DNA of 64,000 nt from Desulfurococcales archaeon (lineage in GTDB: Archaea > Thermoproteota > Thermoprotei_A > Sulfolobales > Desulfurococcaceae), in the NCBI GenBank assembly GCA_027022365.1, contig JALVYU010000007.1, forward strand, positions 1 through 64,000, written 5' to 3'. This document shows, piece by piece, positions 53,319-63,781 of the stretch. The position numbers and the translations under genes are program-made. A model generated the notes under the pieces. It made no database searches, had not been told where the DNA came from, and saw only the letters and a list, made by a program, of their open reading frames with translations. Position 1 is the stretch's first letter. Each line of letters starts with the position of its first letter.

Positions 53319-53581
53319 AGTATATGTAATATGATGAGAATGTATAGCATAACTACTATGATCTCTAGTAGTGCTAGTAGACCCAAGCCTCTCCGTTCTT
53401 TGCTCCTGATGTTTCTAACACATATTAAGGCGACGGATAATAATGGAGTCGCTATTATTATGTAGATCCCTAGCCAAAGTATAGTGGTGATTTCTGTTAG
53501 AATAGATATCGAAAGCCCTGCTACGAGAACGGCAAGTCCTGTTATGACTCCATATCTAAGTACATGGTGTGCCTCCACCAT
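53315..53581 (-). CDS. Small membrane protein (DUF1634-like)
   Basis: LRYGV...LGIYIIIATP pattern; follows the TauE gene. Confidence 0.7.
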   Translation of the reverse strand: MVEAHHVLRYGVITGLAVLVAGLSISILTEITTILWLGIYIIIATPLLSVALICVRNIRSKERRGLGLLALLEIIVVMLYILIILHIL

Positions 53582-53591
53582 TTTGATTACC

Positions 53592-54377
53592 CTAGATAAT
53601 ATGTGTTGATGATATGATCAGTCTAATCGCCGCATAGAGTAGTATTAGGGCGAAAATAAGCCTTACAGTCCTCGGCTTTAGTTTTTCAAGGCGTCTTGCA
53701 CCGATATAGGCTCCTGGAATAATTCCCGACGCCAGCGCGGCGACAGCCAGTGGTTCAGGTATTCCCCTGGATACATAGACGATGCTCCCGCCAGTAGCTG
53801 TTAATCCTACCATGAAAGAACTTGTGGCTACGGCTGTTTTTATAGGAAGACCTAGTAGCCCGGCCATGATTGGTACCTTTAGTACTCCACCCCCTATTCC
53901 GAACATACCTGATAATATTCCGGCGAAAAAAGATACTAGTAGTGCGAGTGCCTTTGCAGCCCTCTTGGTTTTTCTCTTTACGGTTTCTCTTGTCTTCGAT
54001 GGCCTAAGAGCTTTTAAAAGCATTGATATGGACACGTATAGTAGTATGAAGCCTAGGCCGGTCTTAATTATTGTCGGTGGTATTGAAGTAGTTATGATGG
54101 CGCCAAGTATGGCGCCAACAGTGGTAATGGGCTCTAATGTTAATGCTGTCTTTAAATCCACTAGGTTATCCCTAAGATATTCGCTCGCGGCTATCGATGA
54201 AGTCACGATGATCGCAACTAGGCTTGTCGCTACAGCAACTCTTACATCGAATCCGAGCACAAGGATCATATATGGAACTATGAGGCTACCACCACCAATA
54301 CCGCTCATAGCCGAGATAAATCCTATGGCTAAAGCACCTAGAAACAGCAGGATGAGCGTCGTTACGGCTAACAACAA
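53592..54377 (-). CDS. Sulfite exporter TauE/SafE family
   Basis: Duplicated GIGGG..VP...AVATS motifs. Confidence 0.9.
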   Translation of the reverse strand: MLLAVTTLILLFLGALAIGFISAMSGIGGGSLIVPYMILVLGFDVRVAVATSLVAIIVTSSIAASEYLRDNLVDLKTALTLEPITTVGAILGAIITTSIPPTIIKTGLGFILLYVSISMLLKALRPSKTRETVKRKTKRAAKALALLVSFFAGILSGMFGIGGGVLKVPIMAGLLGLPIKTAVATSSFMVGLTATGGSIVYVSRGIPEPLAVAALASGIIPGAYIGARRLEKLKPRTVRLIFALILLYAAIRLIISSTHII

Positions 54378-54419
54378 TGTTCACCGGCTGGTTCTCCGAA
54401 CTATCTTAGGTTGCCCATG

Positions 54420-55502
54420 TTATCCCGCCTCTATGCCGAAAAGCATGGATGCTAGGGCGCCTATGCCGTATGTCACGATAGCTGAGCCTAGGCCGGATAA
54501 CACGAGTTCTATGACTTTTTTCTTGATAGCTAGTCCTGACGATATGGCAACTATAGTACCCGATACTGCGAGCATCGAGGCAGCCATGATGAAAGAAGAT
54601 ATTAGCGCACCTAGTATTGGTAAGCCGAGAAAATATGGTATAAGCGGCACAAAAGCACCTATAATATAAAATATTCCCGTGTAGAGGCTCGCTATTTTTG
54701 GATTCTCGAGAGCATCCTCAGTTATGCCATACTCTTCCTCAGCTATAATTTTACTTAGTATTTCGGGGTTTGAGCTTGCATCCCTGCTAATGTTTTCGAT
54801 CGCCTCTGCACTATAGCCTCTTTTGAGAAGATGTTTCTTGACTCTCTTGATCAATACGTTTGCCGCATATTTTGCTGCAAGCCTTATCCTTGTGAGGGCT
54901 CCCAGCTTCACGTCCCTCTGTGCCTTGACACTGATATAGGTTCCCACAGCCATTGAAAGAGCGCCTCCAATGCCGACGATGGAGCCTCCCAGCGCAACAT
55001 ATATTGGGTCGCCGTATGCGCCGGCAAGGCCTGCTGATACAGATAATATTTCAACTAGTCCGTCGTTCATACCAAGAATAGCGTCGCGTACATGAAGTAG
55101 GAATTCCTTTAATCTAGATTCTTCCTCTTCGAATTCCTCCTCGTGCACGAGCTCGTCTTCTAGGATCTTTCTGAGTTGTTTTCTCTCCTCTTCGGTTATT
55201 TCGGGTGAACCGAGAAGTTGTGAATAAGTTTTAATCGCGTTGTCTTCTTCTAGCTCAAGGATTTTGAGAGTTAGGCCGTAGCCGAGTATCCCAAATAACA
55301 TGATCTTTAATCTAAGAAGTATATTGCTGATCTTTATCCTATTGATATTTATTCCCCTTTTTTCAAGAAAGTTTCTCCAGAAATCAGCGTGTCTTTTCTC
55401 TATTTCGGCAAGCATTTGTAGTTTTTTGGATACCTTGGGGTTTTTGATACGCTTGGCTAATTCGCTATAAATAATGCTTGTTTCAACTTCGTCCCTGTAC
55501 AT
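54420..55502 (-). CDS. Rubrerythrin/ferritin-like + VIT1/CCC1 transporter fusion (start may be a few codons upstream)
   Basis: EKRH and DELVH di-iron motifs; RDAILGMNDGLVE, GALSMAVGTYISVK, PLIPY. Confidence 0.9.
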   Translation of the reverse strand: MYRDEVETSIIYSELAKRIKNPKVSKKLQMLAEIEKRHADFWRNFLEKRGININRIKISNILLRLKIMLFGILGYGLTLKILELEEDNAIKTYSQLLGSPEITEEERKQLRKILEDELVHEEEFEEEESRLKEFLLHVRDAILGMNDGLVEILSVSAGLAGAYGDPIYVALGGSIVGIGGALSMAVGTYISVKAQRDVKLGALTRIRLAAKYAANVLIKRVKKHLLKRGYSAEAIENISRDASSNPEILSKIIAEEEYGITEDALENPKIASLYTGIFYIIGAFVPLIPYFLGLPILGALISSFIMAASMLAVSGTIVAISSGLAIKKKVIELVLSGLGSAIVTYGIGALASMLFGIEAG

Positions 55503-55559
55503 GGTGATAGCTGTTTTTATTATCTCCTCTTTATTCAGGACAGATCACCATCTAATATG

Positions 55560-56780
55560 CTACGCGCTTATGATTCTCCCTAAGAACTCCTCTATTATGT
55601 TTTGTTGTAGTTTTGACCCAGCCTTTACACTTATAGTGTTTATTAGGGATAATGGTGTATTTTCTAGTTTCTTTTTGACAAGCGCTTTAGCAGCGTCTCC
55701 CCAACCATATACTGTTAATATTAGTGTGGGTTTCCTTGTCTTGATCTTCTTAATCAGGATATTTAATACGCTCTCTATACGTGGATGAATCGATGCTTCA
55801 TAATTGCTTATCCCTATAATCACGGCTTTGGAGGTATCAACATCCGTTAGAATCTCCGAGATCATTGACCGCTCTTTATCCGTGAACCTATGGGTCTTTA
55901 TAATATATCCGTGTTTTTCGAGGGAATTCTTAATAGTGTCAATTATTTCTTCTACGAAGCCATACATTGATGTATATATGATGGTTACTTTATGCTCATC
56001 GTACTTGCTTTGCGCAAAATCTTCATACGCATTAATTATTATGTCCGGGTTTTGTTTCCATATGAGGCCGTGGGCGGGGGCTATTATGGATGGTTTAATG
56101 CCTAGCTCATCCAGTTTTTTGATGGCAGGAATGACGTGGTTCCTGTAGCTCCCTATAACAGTTACCATGTATTTTCTCGCATAGATAAGATATTTTCTGA
56201 TCTCGTCTTCGCTTAGCTCCGTGTCGAATAACTTGCGCGGGATAGAATAGCCGCCAAATACATCACATGTTAAGAGAACGCCTCGTTCCTTAAGGAAGGT
56301 AACTATTGTTTCTGGCCAGTGAAGCCATGGAGTATGGATAAATAGTATGCGTTCGTCTCCAAGATCGATCTCCGCTTTATCCCTTGTAGGCACGAATTTT
56401 ATGTTGTTTAAACCATAGAAAGAACTAAGCATCGAGCGAGCCATTGGGTGTCCATATATCATTGGCTGTTTATTCATTTTCGACAGAAGCGCTGTTAGGG
56501 AGCCGGTATGATCGGGCTCCATATGGTGGACAACGATAATATCGATATCATTTATATCTATTATCCTCTCCAATGCTTCTAGGAATTCCTCAGCATAATC
56601 TCTCTTCCAACCATCGAATAAGACGACCTTATCCGGTAGGGTAAGAACGTATGAGTTATAAGTAATACCTTCAGGGATCTCCCATAGTCCCTCAAAGTAC
56701 TTCGTTGATAGATCATCAACTCTTAGTACGTAGAGGTCCCGTGCAACCTTGTCAATATGATAAACAGTCATTTCAACCAC
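55560..56780 (-). CDS. fprA: Flavodiiron protein (A-type flavoprotein)
   Basis: GITYNSY, HHMEPDH, PWLHWPET, CDVFG, APAHG, flavodoxin YTSMYG. Confidence 0.93.
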   Translation of the reverse strand: MVEMTVYHIDKVARDLYVLRVDDLSTKYFEGLWEIPEGITYNSYVLTLPDKVVLFDGWKRDYAEEFLEALERIIDINDIDIIVVHHMEPDHTGSLTALLSKMNKQPMIYGHPMARSMLSSFYGLNNIKFVPTRDKAEIDLGDERILFIHTPWLHWPETIVTFLKERGVLLTCDVFGGYSIPRKLFDTELSEDEIRKYLIYARKYMVTVIGSYRNHVIPAIKKLDELGIKPSIIAPAHGLIWKQNPDIIINAYEDFAQSKYDEHKVTIIYTSMYGFVEEIIDTIKNSLEKHGYIIKTHRFTDKERSMISEILTDVDTSKAVIIGISNYEASIHPRIESVLNILIKKIKTRKPTLILTVYGWGDAAKALVKKKLENTPLSLINTISVKAGSKLQQNIIEEFLGRIISA

Positions 56781-56950
56781 CTATCGCTATAGTATAATAA
56801 TTAGTCGATGTCCTAATATACCCGATTACCCTGATGATCCATCATGGAAGGAGAGAGATTATATATCCGGAAGGAAATTCTACATGTTGAAAAATCCATG
56901 TAATTATTTCCTGTTATTGGAGTCGAACACTGTCTTGGATACGGAAAGAA

Positions 56951-57029
56951 TGGTGCGGCGGCCGGGATTTGAACCCGGGATCTCCGGCTTGGAGGGCCGG
57001 CGTCCTAGTCCAGGCTAGACGACCGCCGC
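56951..57029 (-). tRNA. tRNA-Gly (UCC), CCA encoded, C at position 33
   Basis: GCGGCGGTCGTCTAGCCTGGACTAGGACGCCGGC-CCTCCAA-GCCGGAGATCCCGGGTTCAAATCCCGGCCGCCGCACCA; TTATAAAA at 57067-57074. Confidence 0.95.
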
Positions 57030-57237
57030 AGTGTTTTGAGCTGTATAGATTTGTAGGGCTGGATGGTTTTATAATACTTTTCTTCGTGTTATGATTTTGT
57101 TCGTATATGAGTATATTTTTATTTGAGATTTCCATCGTCATTTTATTTGTTTGAAATTAGAAAAATTATACAAAATTTTATAACAGAGTATTTGTATGTA
57201 TAACGTGTACATATAATGTCTCCATATCGATAATGAG

Positions 57238-57921
57238 ATGGGTGTAATGGAAAAAGAGCGGCGGAATCGCAACAAGATAGAGGTTATTGAGGCTATTTTA
57301 AGGTACATAGAGAAGGAAGGTAAAGCAAGAAAGACGAGAATACTCTATGCGGCTAATCTGAATACCCGTAGCCTTGAATCCATTCTTTCCGACCTTGTAA
57401 ATAATGGTGCGCTCGAAATTATAAATGATGGTCGAGACCGTAAAATGTACCGGATAACCCCTCGAGGAGCCCGTCTTTTAATGCTTATCACTAGGATCAG
57501 AAAGTTCATGAGAAACGAACACGCAACAACTAAAAAGCTTATAGATAATCTGAAGGAGTTCTGCAGAGAAATAGGAGCTGAAGGCGAATGCGTCGAGATA
57601 GAACAATCCACTAGGCTTGGAATAAGTGTCAGGGGACAAACCGCTAGAACTTATTTCATTGACCTGTATGTCAAGATAAATGAAAAAGAATATATCATAG
57701 GCTTTCTCTCAAAAGACGCAACGGAGCTAGAAATCCAGCAAATATTATCCTGGCTAATAATAGTCTCACTCGATACAGGCTATAGCGTCATACTATTTGT
57801 GTCCGAAGATAAACTCCTAAACCTTAGAAGATATCTCGACCATTTATTCGGTCTACTTGAATGTGAAAAATTCAGAAAACTTAAGGATAAATTCATCGTG
57901 AGAGAACTTCGGATCTTGTGA
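57238..57921 (+). CDS. Winged-helix regulator fused to a restriction-endonuclease-like C-terminal domain
   Basis: RNKIEVIEAIL...KTRILYAANLN...YRITPRG wHTH; VRGQTARTYFIDLYV segment. Confidence 0.7.
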   Translation: MGVMEKERRNRNKIEVIEAILRYIEKEGKARKTRILYAANLNTRSLESILSDLVNNGALEIINDGRDRKMYRITPRGARLLMLITRIRKFMRNEHATTKKLIDNLKEFCREIGAEGECVEIEQSTRLGISVRGQTARTYFIDLYVKINEKEYIIGFLSKDATELEIQQILSWLIIVSLDTGYSVILFVSEDKLLNLRRYLDHLFGLLECEKFRKLKDKFIVRELRIL

Positions 57922-58059
57922 TCTTTGTTTCGATGTTGAACTAGAATTATCAATTATGATGAATTAGATAAAATCATCAAGACAAGAACTGATAACACAA
58001 CGCTGTCTATAGAGAAGGATAACACAGCATACATACCAGGTAATACGACGATACTCGAT

Positions 58060-58377
58060 ATGGAGATAAACACAGTCTGGCTTCGTGAGAAAACTTTTTA
58101 CTCAACACTCGTATCTGCGACTATAATGCTTTCAGCTCTAGGCGCCACAGCGTATTACATGATCAGTAATGGTGACTACCATCCCGAGAAATTATTGGAG
58201 AAATATAAGTCCAGAATATTCTATGGTGGTAATTTTATTGATTATGATAATAAAGAGATCGTTAAGGTGGAGGGTATAAGAAATATAATTCGTGCGTCGG
58301 AACTTTATGGCGAGATCATAATATATGACCGTAATAGAAATCAATTAGTAGTAAACACAAGAAACAATGTAATGTAA
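58060..58377 (+). CDS. Hypothetical protein, one TM helix (frame open from about 57940 without a start codon; possibly disrupted)
   Basis: 105-aa ORF in the track. Confidence 0.4.
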   Translation: MEINTVWLREKTFYSTLVSATIMLSALGATAYYMISNGDYHPEKLLEKYKSRIFYGGNFIDYDNKEIVKVEGIRNIIRASELYGEIIIYDRNRNQLVVNTRNNVM

Positions 58378-58420
58378 TAATCTATGAGAACAGCGAACTC
58401 AATAAAACTCTATGATATCC

Positions 58421-58693
58421 CTAAGCTTTGACATATATCGGGTTCCTCCCACCACTATACAGTTTTATCAACCCTTTTTCGGCAGCGGCTCTTAACAGTT
58501 TTCTCGCGGTACTAACCCTGATACTGTATGCTTGTGCAAGTTGATAAGGAGTTATAACCTTAAAGGAGCCACGCTTCAAGTCTCGCTCGAATCTTTTTAT
58601 TATGTCTCCTGTCACCTCGATCTGCGTCTCGAGAGACACTACCCTTTTTGTCTCCGTTGGTTCTTCTTTACGTCCTCTCTTTCCCCTGGCCAT
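58421..58693 (-). CDS. rps25e: 30S ribosomal protein S25e
   Basis: VITPYQLAQAYSIRVSTARKLLR...GLIKL...NPIYV. Confidence 0.92.
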   Translation of the reverse strand: MARGKRGRKEEPTETKRVVSLETQIEVTGDIIKRFERDLKRGSFKVITPYQLAQAYSIRVSTARKLLRAAAEKGLIKLYSGGRNPIYVKA

Positions 58694-58755
58694 GTCAGTC
58701 ACCTGGACTAGGGTTTTTGTGGTTATCGATATTTAAATTTGCGTGTCTATCCAAG

Positions 58756-59595
58756 CTAGTATGTGAATAAAGGTACAAGTAATGATGCTATAAGGCCTGA
58801 GAGATATATTCCGTCGAAAGTACCAGCGCCTCCAATACTTAGCATGGTCGCACCATAATGTTCGATAAACTTGTTTAATTCTTTGCCTAACCTAAGTATG
58901 TCTGCACCAATAAGGCTTCCCAATACTCCGCCAACGTATGCGACTGGTATGGCCATATATGATTCGTGGATCAATAGGGCTGTCATAACTACACTCGTTA
59001 AAGGTGGTAGGAACGCTGGAACAGCTATGCCTACGCCCGGTATTGCACGAGATGATACATAAGATATCATGGCCGTTACACTGACCACTATTAGAGAATA
59101 GATGAAAATCGGGGGAGAATCCATCGCCATTTTTAGCAACAACAATAAGCTCAGCCCTATAGGGATAATTGCGCCGCCGATATTGATGGCAAGAACAATC
59201 TCTTGTTTCACAACACGCGGAGTAACGACCGGAAAGGGGATGCCGAAGAAGTACACATATCTCTGCTCTAATATTATCATTTGTTTCCCTGTACTGATCC
59301 TCTTAATCACTATGTTGAAAGGGCTTAGAACAAGGCTTAGAAGAAAAATCAACGGCCCTAATACGAAAGCGGTCGGCCTCGATATTCCTAGAAGAGACGA
59401 TAAGTACCCGAAAACATATGGTGCCGAGACAAATAGGGGGAATAATAAGAACAGATAAAGTATGAACATCAAGGGGTGTGAGGGGAATGATATTATTACT
59501 TTCTTCTTGTGTTTTTTGTCCTTAAAGAAACTAGACGGTCCGGGCGCGAAACCCTCCTCATCCCTCCAAGGGTCTGGGGGAGTCATAATCTTCAT
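58756..59595 (-). CDS. DUF1614 family membrane protein
   Basis: AINIGGAIIP, GVGIAVP, GSLIGADIL, SIGGAGTFDGI. Confidence 0.88.
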   Translation of the reverse strand: MKIMTPPDPWRDEEGFAPGPSSFFKDKKHKKKVIISFPSHPLMFILYLFLLFPLFVSAPYVFGYLSSLLGISRPTAFVLGPLIFLLSLVLSPFNIVIKRISTGKQMIILEQRYVYFFGIPFPVVTPRVVKQEIVLAINIGGAIIPIGLSLLLLLKMAMDSPPIFIYSLIVVSVTAMISYVSSRAIPGVGIAVPAFLPPLTSVVMTALLIHESYMAIPVAYVGGVLGSLIGADILRLGKELNKFIEHYGATMLSIGGAGTFDGIYLSGLIASLLVPLFTY

Positions 59596-59670
59596 CCCGA
59601 CAACATCTATGATCTTTGTTCAGATATATACGCTATATGCGTTTTTATAGATTAATAATAATATGACATA

Positions 59671-61086
59671 GTGCCTCTAATGAGTCGGAGGTTAGTGGAA
59701 CTGTCATTTAAAAGGTATGATAAAGATACGTTGTTACATCATGTGGGCAATGTATTGATAGTTTTATCAATAGCAAATATTGTTCCCATAGTATTTGCTC
59801 TACTATTTGAGGAGTCGCTCGCCTTTAAGCTTCTAATGGTATTTGAAACAGTAATCATTTATGTTATTGGATACGTGTTATCGAGACGTTATCAGCCTGG
59901 CTCAGTAAGTCTGGTTGAGGCAATGACCATAATGGTTTTTGCATTTCTAATACCGCCTTTTATGATGTTATTTCCTCTCCTTACTAAGGGCGTGGATTTG
60001 ATTGACGCATTATTCGAGGGTGTATCGTCTATTACTACTACGGGGCTCTCGTGTTTACCTCCCTCACTCATAGATCCGACAGTGAATTTTATACGATCAT
60101 ATTATCAGTGGGTTGGTGGACTCGGAATAGCGTTTTTTACTTTAACTGTTCTGGTTCCCCCAGGATCAGCAGCTTACAATATTTATTTAGCCCACCTCGG
60201 TAAGGTCAGGATCAGTCCCTTGAGTAGGAAAAATGTTATTGAAATACTCAAGATATATTCCGTGCTCACTTTTTCGGCCTTTATCACATATTTGGTGTTC
60301 GGAATGAATATGTACTCAGCTGTAATTAATGCATTAACAACTGTTAGTACCGGGGGCTTTTCAACTTACGCTATTTTCCCATCGAATCTACTGCTGGCTG
60401 TCACATTATTCATGTTCGTAAGTGCTCAGCCGCTCGTTACATACTATATGCTCCTGAAATATAGGCGCAGAAGAATTTTTTCCTCACAACTAGTATCCTT
60501 TACTGTGGGCGTTTTGATCGGATCCATTATACTGTCTATGGTATCAGGTATACCACTTATGAAATCCATTTTTGAAACAGTATCGGCAGCCTCGACAACC
60601 GGGTACACGTCCTTTAATCTCGCTGATTCCGATGATTTAACTAGATTTGTCTTAGTGATCTTAATGTTGAGTGGTGCTTGTCTAGGAAGCACTGGTGGCG
60701 GTATTAAGCAACTAAGGATAATAATCCTTATAAAATCTTTCATCAGACACATTAAGCAGACATTGACGCCTAAGGGCACAATACTGCCTATTAAAGTCTC
60801 GGGAGAAATTATCCAAGACGATGATATTAAACTTGCATATAACCTATTGTTTATATATCTCCTGGTTCTTGTTATGAGTACATTAATCTTTACGATGTAT
60901 GGGTATAGTTTATCTAGTAGCTTGTTCGAGACAGCCTCCGCCCTAGCAACAACGGGCTTATCAGTAGGGCTATCATCATGGCAGTTAGCGGCTCCTCTAA
61001 AAATAGTTTTAATAATCGATATGTGGTTAGGGAGAGTCGAGATAATACCCTTCATTGTTGTTTTCTACAACTTATTCCATAAATAG
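59671..61086 (+). CDS. trkH: TrkH potassium uptake membrane subunit
   Basis: Four pore loops SSITTTGLS, STGGFS, STTGY and ATTGLS; GSTGGGIK; GRVE. Confidence 0.93.
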   Translation: MPLMSRRLVELSFKRYDKDTLLHHVGNVLIVLSIANIVPIVFALLFEESLAFKLLMVFETVIIYVIGYVLSRRYQPGSVSLVEAMTIMVFAFLIPPFMMLFPLLTKGVDLIDALFEGVSSITTTGLSCLPPSLIDPTVNFIRSYYQWVGGLGIAFFTLTVLVPPGSAAYNIYLAHLGKVRISPLSRKNVIEILKIYSVLTFSAFITYLVFGMNMYSAVINALTTVSTGGFSTYAIFPSNLLLAVTLFMFVSAQPLVTYYMLLKYRRRRIFSSQLVSFTVGVLIGSIILSMVSGIPLMKSIFETVSAASTTGYTSFNLADSDDLTRFVLVILMLSGACLGSTGGGIKQLRIIILIKSFIRHIKQTLTPKGTILPIKVSGEIIQDDDIKLAYNLLFIYLLVLVMSTLIFTMYGYSLSSSLFETASALATTGLSVGLSSWQLAAPLKIVLIIDMWLGRVEIIPFIVVFYNLFHK

Positions 61087-61099
61087 GGTGTAAAACGAT

Positions 61100-61759
61100 A
61101 TGAAGGTCATTATAGCTGGTGGAGGAGACACGGGAGTCGAGCTGGCCGATGCATTGATAAGTGAGGGACATGAAGTAATAATTATCGAAAAAGACAAGCG
61201 CCGCGCGGAAGAATTAGCTGAAAAACTCGATTGTCTAGTAATTCACGGCAATGCGGCTCACCCTGATGTTCTCAAGGAGAGCGGTATAGGTGAAGCTGAC
61301 GCGCTCGTTGCTGTAACCGGTAATGATAGGGATAATGTCATAATATCACTTATAGCTAAGACCATGGGCGTCAAAAAAATAATAGCTGAAATAGAGGATC
61401 CAGGCTATAATGATCTATTGATCTATATGGGGATAAGCAATATCATAAACCCGAGCCGCCTCATATCATTCCAGGCATTATCAATGCTAAAGGACTTTAA
61501 CATACTCAATCTTTCGATAATACTAAGAGGAAACACCCGCCTCTTACCAATTAAGATCACTAGAAGCCTTGATGGTAAAAAACTGAAAGAACTCGATATA
61601 GACTTTGATAAGGCTAGACCAATACTTGTTCTGAGAGGAAACGAATCAATATTCGTAGATGAGAACACCACTATACGTTATAATGATACCGTACTTTTCC
61701 TCGTTAAACCACAGTACCAGGATGAACTTGTCAGAAAATTTGCTGAGGAGCAGAAATGA
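61100..61759 (+). CDS. trkA: TrkA potassium uptake NAD-binding subunit
   Basis: IIAGGGDTG Rossmann motif, IEKD, ADALVAVTGND; TrkA-C domain. Confidence 0.93.
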   Translation: MKVIIAGGGDTGVELADALISEGHEVIIIEKDKRRAEELAEKLDCLVIHGNAAHPDVLKESGIGEADALVAVTGNDRDNVIISLIAKTMGVKKIIAEIEDPGYNDLLIYMGISNIINPSRLISFQALSMLKDFNILNLSIILRGNTRLLPIKITRSLDGKKLKELDIDFDKARPILVLRGNESIFVDENTTIRYNDTVLFLVKPQYQDELVRKFAEEQK

Positions 61760-62256
61760 ACAGTAATAACCACGAGAGGGATCTAGTTTTAATAATAACA
61801 TGCAGAGCCGGGAGCGAGTATTGGTGCGAAGAAGAGATCGGTAATAGGATATTCCACAAGGATCCAAGTGTTCTTGTTCTAAAGACAAAATATCAAGGAC
61901 TTCTGCTAGTTTACTCAAAACTACATCCAGACACGGCTTACAAGTATGCAAAGAGCTACGAGTATGGTTTTGTTGAGAAAATAATCCCTGCCCATATCAT
62001 CATAAATGGTGTTGAACAATTCAATTTTGAAGACGCCAAGAAAATAATAGCCGAACTATTAGCGGAAAAACAACTGCCTACCAATGTAAAATTAAAGGTT
62101 AAAATAAGGGGGCGAAGAGGGTTGAGCCAGCATATATGGAGAGCCCTTATCAAAGCTATGAATGAACATGGTATACGCCACGATCCATCTTCTCATGTCT
62201 GTATACATGTGGAAGGAATAGATGATATGTTAGTAGTGGGGGTATGTGAGTGTTAG
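61756..62256 (+). CDS. THUMP-domain protein
   Basis: LIITC..G.E..EEEIGN, VEKIIP, KIRGR, IHVE.I. Confidence 0.7.
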   Translation: MNSNNHERDLVLIITCRAGSEYWCEEEIGNRIFHKDPSVLVLKTKYQGLLLVYSKLHPDTAYKYAKSYEYGFVEKIIPAHIIINGVEQFNFEDAKKIIAELLAEKQLPTNVKLKVKIRGRRGLSQHIWRALIKAMNEHGIRHDPSSHVCIHVEGIDDMLVVGVCEC

Positions 62257-62318
62257 TGTTATTTTTTATACTGTTAATGTAAATAGTAGAGTGAAAGTGC
62301 CGGGTGCCCGCCTTGAAC

Positions 62319-63584
62319 ATGGAGCATTCCAACGATAATGAGACATGGAGGATCATCGAGGAAGAACTCAGTAGACCGACAATATTTAAGAGCAGGGAAA
62401 GCCTCGCACCCGAGTATATTCCCGATAAATTACCTCATAGGGAGAAAGAAATTAAGCTCTTAGCATCAGCATTCAAACACCTGATCATATCCCCTGGTAG
62501 TTTTTCTCAAAGAGTCCTACTAGTAGGAGGTGTAGGTGTAGGAAAAACAGTTACTGCCAGAGTATTTGGTAGAGAGTTTGCTAGAATCGCGCGCCTAAAA
62601 GGGTATAATTTACGATATGTTCATGTTAATTGCCATAGGAATAGAACATTATATAACGTTGTGGCGGAGATAGCCCGTCAACTCGAGGTGCCTCTCCCCC
62701 AGAGAGGCTTATCGGTTAAGGAAATGTACGATGCAATACTCTGGCACTTAGAAGAAAACAATATCTACGCGATAATTGCTCTTGATGAGTTTCATTATTT
62801 TGCCAGTATAGCTGGAAGCGATGCAGTATACTTCATAGTTAGGACATACGATGATACGATCGCTTCTCTAAAGCGTCTAAACTTTATCTTTATATCACTC
62901 GATACTTCTAAGCTATCACTACTCGATCCATCTACCGAGAGTTATTTGTTGAAGCACATGATAAGATTAAAGCCCTACACTAGCGCCGAATTATATGATA
63001 TTCTCAAGTATAGATCGGAACAGGCCTTTTATCCGGGAGTAGTAGACGATGAGGTCCTGAAGTTTATTGCAGAGTATGAGGGTAGCGATAAAGGCGGAGG
63101 AGGAAACGCGAGGCATGCAATAGAGATCCTTCTCCTTGCGGGTGATGCGGCGGAGCGCGAAGGTAGTGATCGAGTGACCATTGAGCATGTCAGAAAGGCG
63201 ATCTCGAAGACTAGCAGAGAAATAATAAACATTTCAGAAACAATCCTATACAGCCCGTTACACGAATTGATGATACTGCTGGCCATTATCAGGCTTCTTA
63301 GACGAACCGGACAGACCTATGTTAAGATGGGCGATGTTGAGAGAGAATATGAAATAGTATGTGAAGAATTTGATCAGCAGCCACGCAGGCATACGCAAGT
63401 ATATGGATACATTATGAATCTGAAGAAAGCCAACGTCATAGATGCTAGAACAAGCGGTAAAGGCCTTAGAGGCAGAACAACACTAATAAGCATACATTAT
63501 GGTCCGTTGGATCTACTCGAACAATATGTAGTTGATCTTATACAGAAGAAAATTAGTATGAAGCATATGGGGAGGAGGAGATGA
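62319..63584 (+). CDS. cdc6: Orc1/Cdc6 replication initiator
   Basis: L.PEYIP.KLPHRE, GGVGVGKT, VNC, LDE, PYT, GNARHAI; C-terminal wHTH with GRTT. Confidence 0.95.
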   Translation: MEHSNDNETWRIIEEELSRPTIFKSRESLAPEYIPDKLPHREKEIKLLASAFKHLIISPGSFSQRVLLVGGVGVGKTVTARVFGREFARIARLKGYNLRYVHVNCHRNRTLYNVVAEIARQLEVPLPQRGLSVKEMYDAILWHLEENNIYAIIALDEFHYFASIAGSDAVYFIVRTYDDTIASLKRLNFIFISLDTSKLSLLDPSTESYLLKHMIRLKPYTSAELYDILKYRSEQAFYPGVVDDEVLKFIAEYEGSDKGGGGNARHAIEILLLAGDAAEREGSDRVTIEHVRKAISKTSREIINISETILYSPLHELMILLAIIRLLRRTGQTYVKMGDVEREYEIVCEEFDQQPRRHTQVYGYIMNLKKANVIDARTSGKGLRGRTTLISIHYGPLDLLEQYVVDLIQKKISMKHMGRRR

Positions 63585-63772
63585 GAAGCAGTAGTGAGCA
63601 GATCATTATTGACACTCTACAAAAATATGGTGAGTTAAACATTACTCGCCTCGCTAGGATTACGGGCTTACATTATAGGGTATTGGTTAAGAAATTGCGT
63701 GAGTTACAGGAAAAGGGTGTTGTTGAGGAAAGAAGATTTGGGAGACTAAGATTGTTTAGACTCGTCAAGTGA
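63581..63772 (+). CDS. Small wHTH (ArsR-like) protein
   Basis: ELNITRLARITGLHY...L.EKGVVEERRFGRLR; GGAGG SD; overlaps the cdc6 stop. Confidence 0.8.
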   Translation: MRSSSEQIIIDTLQKYGELNITRLARITGLHYRVLVKKLRELQEKGVVEERRFGRLRLFRLVK

Positions 63773-63781
63773 GCGAAGCTT

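Noticed and set aside
53782-54669. Long antisense ORFs (295 aa here; also 10861-11466, 33609-34280, 60444-61055)
   Set aside because: Shadow frames opposite well-supported genes, with no motifs of their own.
56805-56850. C/D-like words (TGATGA, CTGA) upstream of fprA
   Set aside because: Boxes are not in a valid order or spacing, and no guide match was found.
62256-62318. Replication origin next to cdc6
   Set aside because: Intergenic gap is only about 60 nt and no ORB-like TCCA..GGAAA repeats were seen.
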